NCBI RefSeq assembly: GCF_947568905.1
Contig: NC_079164.1
Coordinates: 83,948,001 to 84,012,000 of the forward strand
Reading direction: 5' to 3'
Origin: Ostrea edulis
Taxonomy: Eukaryota
Length of the DNA stretch: 64,000 bases
Shown: piece after piece, positions 26,417 through 37,600 of the stretch
Layout: each line of letters opens with the position of its first letter
How positions within the stretch are numbered: the stretch's first letter is position 1
Notes under the pieces: generated by a model
Databases searched by the model: none
Seen by the model: only the letters and a program-made list of their open reading frames with translations
Told to the model about the DNA's origin: nothing
Position numbers and translations under genes: made by a program

Positions 26417-28241
26417 TAACAATTAATCATTAATAGTTCAGATCTAGACATTTATGTTACAATAACTATATTTTCAGCAACAGATGCAAGTATAAACCAA
26501 TGATACATGTACACAAATGCATTTTATGATATTACATAGATAGAGCACAGTTTTTCAACACTTATGATTATTTGCACATTTACCTTAATGTTGTGCATGT
26601 TTTGTCATTAAATATAATGCCTGTGCCCTGTTCTGGAAGAGTTCTACATTTTATCTTTTTTATTGTGACTCCCTTGGACACTGGAACCATTAATTCCTTG
26701 AAGACAGCCAAGCGATATATATACACACGTTGTTTGATGACTTCTACTGCATTTCTGTAGAATGGAATCTCCTGAATGTTATGCACTCTGTAAAAGGAAT
26801 CAATTTACCATAAAAATCGATCTCTTAGTTTTCCCTGACATATAAATTCATTTAATTTGAATGCTTATCCCTTTAACTATAAAATGTCTATCATGCAGCC
26901 ATTACTTCAGACAATAATTACCTGACCTCTTCCTCTCTAGCTCGCAAATGATAATTCAATGAGTAAGAGAAGTGTTTTGTGTCAATTACAGCTTTTCTGA
27001 AATGAAAACAATACATGATACAAGTTTAGTTCTTGTATTATCTTGCATATCGACAGTCACCACTGTAAAGCTGTGTACTCACTTATCATACAGAACAAAT
27101 TGCAGGATATTAGATATGCCATGGACTCCTGCATCAGTGCGGCTTGTTGATCTCAGGGAAAAATTATTCCCAAACTGTTGTTTCAGAAAATCCTGTAAAA
27201 AGAAAACACAAGAACTCTTTTTAAAAGTCATGTTCCATAACAAATACAGACTGGAATGAATGATCACCACAGCACTAAAGTTTTACGAAAGTACAGACTA
27301 GCTGTACGCTTTAGATCTCTCATACAGTAATTATTTAGATTTTTTCTATTGGTCCATTAACAGTTCCAGTCAAAAGACTATTTCTACCTACGTAGCTATT
27401 AATAGCTACCTAGGTATTTAAACCTACTTATAGTACCTTACTTCTACTTACTTTTCCCTGTTTTTAAAAATATAAACAAATAATAATTAAGGTGCATCTT
27501 TTAAACAAGTCAGTCGTTTTATGTATCATGTTGTGCATGTGGATGGCAAATTTCGGAGTGTACATTGGGGAAATGCATGAAAAATCGCCCCAAAAACCTT
27601 TAATGTAAAAATGCATGAAGGTAAACTTTAAAATTAATACAGATTTGTAAGAATTAAATTCTAGACTTCTTGGGTGTAGTAATTAATTGATGCAAATTTG
27701 AAAGGTTAGAAAGTAATAATTTTTTTGTCCAATATTTTTGTGGTAATTCAATCGTCAGTGTAAGTGAATCAAGAAATTTGGTACACACCATATTGCGCTG
27801 TTCTTGGGTTTGGCCATGAAATGCAAGTAAAGGAAAATGTAGGTAAAAATAGCTACCTGGAGTAGGTTTAAATACCTAGGTAGCTATAAGTTGCTGCGTA
27901 GGTAGGTTTATAGTCTTTGGACTGGACCTGCTTATTGGATATGTAATTTCTAACTCACCGACACAGCCAATTCTACTGTTTTCAAATTTTGATTGATAGA
28001 AACTCCTCTGAAATACATTAGATTTAATTGTTTATGTTGGTTAAGATTGCGTTTAAGCTTTTAAGTCATAAATTGCAAACTGCAAACACGTGGGGTTCTT
28101 TTTTTTTTTTTTTACATTGTATTTTTTTCCATTTGAGATCTTATGAAGAAAATGAAATCCCCCAAGTTTGTAGAGATACCTGTATTTTGTGCCATCATAT
28201 GACAATCGAATGAAATATCGCCTTGCGACCTCTCTGATCAT
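25372..28241 (-). CDS. PUSL1: tRNA pseudouridine synthase-like 1 (TruA family), about 400 aa, 8 coding exons
   Basis: Exons 28180-28241, 27959-28007, 27083-27192, 26922-26996, 26584-26787, 26072-26327, 25769-25955 and 25372-25631 (1203 nt, all phases compatible). Motifs RYFIRLSYDGT, SRTDAGVH (catalytic Asp), YIYRL and KQIRRMVG. Confidence 0.9.
26368..26411. repeat. (GA)n microsatellite near a PUSL1 acceptor
   Basis: Direct reading. Confidence 0.9.
27361..27930. mobile_element. MITE with about 70-bp TIRs in PUSL1 intron 2
   Basis: cagttccagtcaaaagactat...tagctacctaggtatttaaacctact mirrors agtaggtttaaatacctaggtagcta...tagtctttggactggacctg. Confidence 0.75.
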
Positions 28242-28643
28242 ATCAAAGCCATGCTCTGTCACCTTTTCTTCTTTTCGGGCTCGGCTTGGATGTCGTAAAG
28301 TGAAAGTAGGTATAAGCGTTATGTATAAAATGTAAATATTGCCTCCGAAGTTTTGTATCATGTTTTGATATTTTTCAATGATCATAATTTGACTGACCCT
28401 GGCCTTAGTTTGCACTATACTAGCCTTGTTAATAGTTTTGGATAAAAAAAAAAATTATGAATTTAAGATCGGGCTCGCTGGACTAAAAATTTTGAATGGA
28501 AACAGGCGCCACGTTCAAAACAATAAATGAGTAATTTGAGTAAATGAGTAACTTAAGCCAGGGTTAAGCTAGATTTAACTTGAGTGACAACAGAACATAT
28601 ATTGAGAACTACAGAGAAGTCATTACAAAGGAAATTTTAATTC
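28242..28643. promoter_or_regulatory. Putative bidirectional promoter PUSL1/SPDL1 with CHR-like elements
   Basis: tttgaat...ggcgcc...ttcaaa at about 28491-28520. TTTGAA is the CHR consensus of G2/M promoters and is present on both strands. The SPDL1 first exon is tentative. Confidence 0.4.
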
Positions 28644-31600
28644 ATGATGGATGAAACAGAGGTTAGATGTCTGATGTGCTTACCAATGTTTGTTCACAGG
28701 AGTTTGAAATTTTATCAATAAAGCCGATAAAATCCATTTGATTATACTTATAGCTCATGGCTTGGTCAAACAAGTGAATTCTATTGACTCTATTGATAAA
28801 ATTTCAAACTCCTGTGGTTTGTTGAATTTGTTTGTAAAGTAATAGACTGAGTTCACACAATTTAGAAATTACTGTTGAAAGAGGAAGACATATTGGGGTT
28901 GAGCATAATAATAGAATTTGTAAACTGTGTGTAACAGGAAGGGAGAAAATGCAACGAACCAGACCGGGATTCGAACCCGGGCCCCCTGAATCTCTAGTCA
29001 GGTGCTCTACCACCGGCGATCGAACCCGGCTACATGTGCAATAGTAATAACATAGAAAATGAAACTCACTTCCTGTGGTTGTGCAAATGTTATGAACAAG
29101 AAAGAAAATCCCTATACAATAAATTATCAATGTTACATAACTTCGATTATAAGCTGATCAATGATGACAATATTAGGTAAAAATTATTATTGAATTCCAA
29201 GTCCTATAGTGTATTGAAATGTCTGTCTAAATTTATTGAAGATGTGTCTAATAAAAGAAATTTCCTTCAAGCAACTGATTCCAATATATCTACATAATTT
29301 ATTATGAGAAAATCCTAATTCTATGACTATTCTTAAATATGTACTATTATGACTCCATATACTATTCCTATATACAAGGTATACCTATTATGGTCCCTTT
29401 ATCTCATGTACACCTTATATGCAGTGTAATATATCATAATATGATTTTGTCTGGTGCCATATCAGTGATTTTTGAAGACCCATTTTAGGTCCGAATATCG
29501 GCCCTTTCCCCTTCCAAAAATTCCCAATTTAACTTGCACTTTTCCCAATAATAAAAACTGGCTAAAAACATACTCGTTAAAAAATAAGTTCAATGTGAAT
29601 AGTTTATGTATGGCATGACAAAGATGCATCAATTCTAGATGATTTAGAAAGAATGGTCGAAAATTTTAAGAGCGTAAAGAGAAGAAATTTAAATATGTAA
29701 AATAAAAGCAGAATGACATCAATTTGTGTTTAATTTCTTGTATGATATGATATATTTAGCGTATTTACAATAATGACTAGATTTTCCCAATTTGATCAAA
29801 ATGTTGACTATTTTTCCCAATTCGAAAGCCACAGGACCCTTTTGAAAAATGTTGAAAATTCACTGCATATTCATGCATTCAAATCACTGATTATATTTTG
29901 AATATTATTGTTTCTATGATATAATCTATAATAACTGCCTTTGCCAGTAATTGTTATTGTGCTTGTGCAAATAAAATCATTGTCATTAATCTAAGCGAGA
30001 TTCGTTGAGGCTGGATATTTCGACGATGAATCTCGATGAGATGTAAACATGATCAATAGCTCAGTATCATTCTTAAACTTAGCAGATGAGTACCATGCAA
30101 GCATGACACATGTCATTAGTCAGTAAACCAGTTCTTGTCACATATATTATACATGTATTTCTAATGATGGATATGTTACGACAGTTAGGTATCTAAAAGG
30201 CTTTTTAAAATATCTAAGCTCTAGTGGTACAATAAGATACTGACCCAGAAGCATACTAAGTACTCCACTTGCACGGAACGGTACAAAACGATCCTTGCAT
30301 GGAAACTGAACAGTCTGCACTGAATGGTAGCATTTGGGCCAGGGGTCTAACTCTGACACAGATAAAAAAAAAATACCCACTCACTTCAAATGTCTAAAAA
30401 AAAAATCAGAAACTAGGTGCGGTATGCATAATTTGCTGGTCTCCTTCCAAAGATTAATGTACTTGCTTGCCAAATTTCAAACCACAGGTTCTTTTAAGAA
30501 ATATTATACAGATATACATCATTGTACTCTCGATTTCACCTGCTTATCTTTACTAGGACATTTACCGGTCCAGGTCACTGGGTGGTTTCTTGCCTATGAC
30601 AGCAGCAAAATCTCACATCAAAATTACGAAATGTAATATGCTTTATGAAGTATGCTGGAATGAAGCATTGCATTTCATGTCCTCGTGTATTTTCAGAAAT
30701 GAAATTATTTCTTTCAAAGATGATTATCTTTAAAATCTTATTAGTTTTACTTTTGTTTGAAAATGAGGAACATTATTTTGTCTCAAAACAATATAGTAAT
30801 CAAATCTCACCCATAATGAGCAAGATCTCACCCTTTGTCTCATTGGATTGATCACATGTTTGGCAATGGGTGTCTTTTGAGTGTACGACTTGTGTGGTGT
30901 AGTAGTATCATATATTGATAATATATATATCAATTCATATATTAAATATCTGTGACAAGTACCTGTCATTAGGGATGTTAGTACATGTACAGTACATTGA
31001 GTACACCGCACTTTCGAAAATTCAAGCATCGTACATATAATTTATTACCAATTTACACTATATGTGTCATATTTGTACCACCCCAAATATTTTAAGTACA
31101 TTACATAAATCTTGAACTTGGGAGGTTTTCTTTTAAAATATGATGTTTTTTTATCACTTGAACATGTTGAAAATGAAACTCCTCAACCTCTCTTCATTCA
31201 CTCCCAAAAGTTCTATATTTCATGAATTTTTGACTACAAATACTAGTAAATTGTGCATAGAAGTCTATTAAGGTAGCGCAGTGGTTAAAGCATTGGGTTG
31301 GTGAATCGCCGATCTCGAGTTCAAATCCCTGAGAGTCTTTTATTCATATGTGTTGAAATAATTTTTTTGTATTTATCCAGATTTGTATATTGTTTGCCTT
31401 TTTGGCATAGGTACTTATTGTATATCATCATATCTTTTATAATTAAATCAATTCGTACTGATTTGAGAAACTATTTCTTGGTGTAGTGAGCCACCTTAAA
31501 AAAGGTTAGGGTTTAATTTATATTAAGATTAAAGATGTCTGAATTCAGAGTGTTGCAGTTGTGTCTCTTTATTTACAGGACTTAAGACAGGAAGTATATT

Positions 31601-34600
31601 CTTTAAAAAATAAGTTGGCAACAGCTACTAGCCAAGAGGCCTGGTACAATGAAGAGATTGCTCAACTTCAGACGATGAGGAAACAAGACTCAGATATACA
31701 GGAAATGTTGAAAGAGGAAGTCATCAGGTTACAAAGAAAGGTGAGTTTTGATACAGATAAAATTTAATGTTGTTGTGATGAAAGTTTCAGTGCACTGGAA
31801 AACTTTTACCCCAGTGGGCAGCTTCTAAACTGAGCAAATTTGAATTTACTCATTACCCTAATGTAGTAAATGGTTTAGAGGAAATTTTAAAGGGAAACAA
31901 AATTGTTTTTCAGTATGCCCAAGCAAAAATAACAGGGGTAGGTGTGTGTGTGAGTTGGGGAGGGGGTGTTTTCCTTGATATACAGTAATAGGCTACTTTA
32001 AAAACCACAGCTGAAGTTACAGTATACTGCTAATTTGAAATTTGAGTTATATGTAATGGCCTTCAGTAAGGGTCACTGACACTCTAAACCTTGAGAAAAA
32101 AGGGAAAGTTGTCAGATCAGCTTGTTTAGAAATGTCTGTTGTTTAACAGGTACAAAGTGTAAAGTTTTCCTTGAAATCACATGTACACGCTAAAATACAC
32201 AAAAAAAAAATGTACTTCCAACATGTCCAAATACTGTGTACCCGGTCAGACTCTGATTTATTATTTAAACTAAACATGCTAAAGCAAGCAAATTTTGACT
32301 AACAAAAAAACCCACTATGCATATAGTTGACTCAATGACTGCAAGTTGACAAAAATAATGAATATTATGATGTTAAATAGTGTTGAATAATCGGGAAAAT
32401 TTCATAATCGATAATCGGTCAAAATCGGAAGAACTAGATCGATCAATGATCGATATAATCGGTATTTACATATAGTTAATAAATGTTTATTATTTTTGGG
32501 TTATTTCCTTTTAGTTTTATGGATATGTGCAACATACACACATCTATTAGCTTATTTACGAGGAATGAAATGGGTTTTTTTTTTTAAGCCATGACATCCA
32601 GATTGGCTTTAGTTTAGTTTTAAGAAACCTTAAAGTTTTCAGACGTCCGACTTTGGTTTCCATGGGTAGGGATATATATCAAGTTATCAACTAATCCGAG
32701 ATTCCTCCTACTCTTACCCCGCTTTTATATCGTGACATGTGTGGGAGAGAGTCAGAGCGGACTCTATAATGAAAAGTGGGAATTCAGCGACACCAGCTAA
32801 TGTCGCTGCATTACCTACGTAATATAAAAGCGGGGATAAGAGTCGGGGGAATCTCGAATTATTTATCAACTTCATTATTATTGAGTTGATTTCAATATCC
32901 AGGACGACGACGATGATGATATCTAAAGCCTTCCTTTTCAATGTGTTGATTGATATATACATAGTTGATTTGTTTATAATGGGCTTGTGTTTGGGCGACA
33001 ATCGATTATGAAAAATGGAATCGATAATCGGAATCGACGAGACAAAAACGATAGACAATCGTTTCATCACTAATATTAAGTATGATAAGCTTGAAATTTT
33101 CAGATTAAAAACACATGTAACTGTTTGTGGGATTGTTTGGAGGGCATGGTGCTGTAAATGGGCCAGCTAATATTATTATACCCCCCGCAACAAGGTGGGG
33201 GGGGGGGGGGGTATACTGGAATCGGGTTGTCTGTCTGTCCGTCCGTCCGTCTGTAGACGCAATGGTTTCCGGGCACTAAAGCATTATCCTTTCCACCTAC
33301 CGTCACCATATCATATATATGGACTACCCATGGGATGAAGATGTTCCCTATCGATTTTGGGGTCAAAAGGTCAAAGGTCACGCGCACTGGACATCGAAGT
33401 AGCAATATGGTTTCCATTTAAATTCTTTAACGGCTTTTTCATCGCATGGAGATGCTGTGTTCCTAGATAATTCATTTCTCCCTACAAACGAGAATACCCA
33501 AGGTTTGTCATGCCATTTGTTTTTTACACTCAGAAAAGAGGTAGTTTATACCTATTACCAACACCCTTTGGGAGATTGGGGTAAGCGGGGGGTATTCTTA
33601 GTGATCATTGCTCACAGTACCTCTTGTTATAAATGAAATCTGATAGTGCACAGTAAGTAGGACTATATGATTCAAAGGTTATTATGATAATTCCTGTGTG
33701 TGATATACATTCAATAATCAACTCCAGATAGGGAATTTGGAAGAAGATATTGATCAGCGCAAGTCAACAGAGTCTAACTTGAAATCCCAGATTCAGTCTC
33801 TTGAGAAGTTAGCAGAGAGCAACAAAACTATAAATGAAACCTTGTCTCACAGCATAATGACGGAGGATAACTCACAGCTGATGAATGAACTGGGTTCTCT
33901 GCAGACTGAAAACGTAAGGACCGAATATTTATTACTTAAAAAACGGGTGGGAAAATCCACAATTACCAAACAGCTTTATGTGATATGTATCAATTGAACT
34001 GTAAGTACTGCCATTTTTTTATTGAATTTTTTATATAGTCAACATGCTTGAAATTGACATGTATGCCCAAAATTAACTCTTGATGGCAGCCACAGCAGAT
34101 TTAGATATGTAAATTTTAATAATTTGATGCTGCAAGTGATTTAAAACTTTAAACACAGAATAAGCGCCATGCAGTAACACTAAATCCGACAGGTAGTAAT
34201 AGACATCTGTCAACAATATCATAGTATTTGTGTTTTAGACAATAAATGATACCTGTAATTGTGTAATCTTTGTAGACCCAGCTAAAAGGTGAAATCATTG
34301 AAATTAGGCATGAACTACAAAGTGCAGCAATTGAACTGGAGAATGCGAAACAAAAGCTGGTACACAAGGACCGAGAGTTGGAGGAACTTCAGTGCCAAAT
34401 AACCACCTATGTCAACACTATAGAAGTATGCCTGGCATTTCTATTGTAGTGGTTTTATTGTTGATTTCTTTCTATCATTATAGTTTTGAAGTTTCAAAAA
34501 CCTAAATTTCTGGAAATATTTTTTTTTTCCTTTTAGAAATGTAGGACAGAAAACATTGAACTGAATACACAGATCGATGTTTTACAAATGGAATCTCAAA

Positions 34601-37600
34601 GCCAATCTTGCAAAGGAAATTCTTTATTTTCAGAGGTACTGTATTTTATTTTATTTTAAATAAAGAAAGAAATAATACCCTTGCATGTATTTGATTGACT
34701 GTGTCTGAAATTAGCTTGATTCTGAATTTAAAGTTTATATGTAAACCAGGTTGAGGATAGAAGGATAAAAGCCGAGAAGTTGGTGAAAAAATACCAACTC
34801 TCCAGTCAGCAACTGAATCAACAGAATCATAAATTGAAGGTAAATGTAACTCTTAATAGTAGAGAAAGACTTGTTCATTGATGATTAATATGCACATGAA
34901 ATTAGACATGAAAATTTGCTTCCTTGTTTGGAAAGTACTGTAGACCAGTCTATCATGGGCTTTGTAAGTTTTTCAAATTTACACACATAAATGATGTGAA
35001 ATTTGTCGGTAGTATCTTCCTTTTCTAAAATTCTAACTATTCTTGGTGCAATTTTTTTCTTTTATTTAGATCATTTTATATTTCAAAGAAAGTCCTCTTC
35101 TTTTGCCTCATCAAGTATTGTGGTGCTTTCAACACTTCTTAAAATGCAGAGGGGAGAGAATAAGGGTTTTTGAGAAGTCATCATGGACAAAAATGTTGAT
35201 CATTATACATGTATAGTAACCCAGATCAGTTCTGACATATGCCATAATATTCCAAGTTCCCATCTTTGCTTACTGAAGATGAAGGCCATAAAGTTCATGA
35301 AAATGATTTTTTCTTTGGGGGGGGGGGGGCAAAATTGGCAAATTTGAAGTATGGATGGCTTCAGAAAATATATGTGCCTATCGGCTATCTCTCAAACTTG
35401 CATAATTTATACATCTGTTTTTAGCTTTGGCATAAATCTGGTACATACACAAACATTTGCTCTGTTTATTCTACAACAAAATGTATGAAATTAAAAAAAA
35501 AAAATGCCATATTTTACTGAAAACCTTAATTTGTTCAAATTTGAGACAACTTTGTGACTTAAGACACCTACATGCATGATCGTGAATATATATTTTTACT
35601 AAGACTTCATCTTGATGTAAGTTTTACTGTACTAGGTTTCATGGTTTTAAGTCTATTTTGAAATTTAAGTGAAAATGGAGGCTACATGGGGTCCTTATTC
35701 TACCTTATATGAATTGTTAATTCTTGATAAATTCCAAATTTTGCAGAAAAGTTGATGGGAGACAATTACCAATATTAGCAAGGTCTTGGGATTGGAAAGC
35801 CTGGCTGTAGTTTATGTTTAGTTCCCAATATTTTTGGATTTTATTGTGTTTCACATTTTTCAGATATCAATATTTTGTTCTGTTACTGATAGATTTGATT
35901 TTTTTTAAAGTGTAACATTTCATTTATAGATGCAGCTCTTTACTTGTATGGGCCTCAATAAAGAGAGATCTGATGATGACCGCATTGAGAAACTTCAGAG
36001 TGAAGTGTATCAACTTCAAGAACAGAACAAACAACTCCTGGAACAAATTCACAGTTCTCCCAAATCAGAGGTAGCACCCACTTAATAAGGATGGATTTCA
36101 ATTTCAAAACGTATCAGTACTTATTTTGGCAGAGTTTTGATTCACAATATTTTGTGCTAACCTTGTTAATTAATATCAAATATTAATTAATTAATAATAC
36201 ATATTTTTGTTCCCCCTGCAACGCGGAAGGGGGCATAGAAATACCTGTGTCTGTGCGTCCCACTTGACTTTGTGGACACATCTCCTCTGAAACCACTCAA
36301 CAGATTTTGTTCAAATTTTTTAGGATTGTTAGTCACAATATGTAGTTGATGATATTGTGCCGCTAATGTAATTGGACAAATTTTACAGGAGTTATGGGAC
36401 TTTGTTGAATTTGTACATTCTACAATATATAAGAGGTTGTGGACGCAACTCCTCAGAAACCACTGAACAGATTTTGTAGGATTGTTAGACACAATATTTA
36501 GTTGATCATTTTCCACCGCAATTTTGACACAACAAATGTTACAGGAATTATGGGACTTTCGTGCTTCAACTTTTTTTGGCGATGTTGTGGGACATATAGC
36601 TCCATGTAGCAATATTGTACTATCTTTTCATGCAGAATTAGACCACACAAGTGTGTTTATCATAATGAATATTGTTTCTATTTGTTTTATAGTGATTTTA
36701 ATTTCTGTAAACAAGGTTTTGAATCTTTTCAGGCAGTGCTTACTGGAGATGTTGAGGGTATATTGAAAGAAGGAGCGGTCAGTTCTGGAGAGGAGTATGT
36801 GAAATACCTACTTAGCATTATCAAAGCAAACAAGTGAGTGCTGGTATACTTGACGCTGATTACAATTGCTTGTTACAAAACAACGGTGATATTGTATGTG
36901 TTGAAATACAAAGATAAGATCGCTTATTTATGATAATGATCAGAAATTGTAATTCCCGCAGCATTTGTAAATATAGATAGTGTATAGTGGTATAATAAGT
37001 TGTACATGCTGACAATCTGTGATCTTTGTAGTGATGAAGTATCAAAACTTAAAAATGAAGTCAAGGCACAAAAGCTGCTCCTGTTAGCTGAGAAAGACAC
37101 AGTTTTGTCCCTGGAAAGGAAGCATTATGACATTGATACTCAGAGGGAAAAAACAAGGGCTTTGTATGTAAAAGAAAAAATGAAGGTGGAAGAACTCAGA
37201 GCAAAATATGAACCTGGTAAGTTTATTGTAGTATAACTGTAAAAAGTCTCTTTACACATGTGATAAACATGAAATTATCGGGGCTGATGAATTTTTTTGC
37301 TGTAAGATTTATTCAGAGTGTAAAACCCCTTTCACACATTCACGGATGAGATGCTGGATTATCCCGGATTGTTGATCTGTGATGATCTGTGACAATCCGC
37401 CATCACCATGTACAATTGTGCATGCATTTGGCGTAGTCCTGGACAATTCGACTTGGCTAAGCCAAACCGTGAAAAAAATGATACTTGTTTAATTTTTACC
37501 CCGGATCGTCCCGGAAGAAAATCCTCCATATTGATCCATGTAGGTACTGTGTACCACTGTGTATCAACTGAGATGTCCATGTATCAACCAAGAAGTCCGT

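Noticed and set aside
28930-29034. Functional tRNA gene
   Set aside because: 8-nt anticodon loop, disrupted 5' arm and a non-tRNA tail; inserted in a LINE fragment, so it is a SINE.
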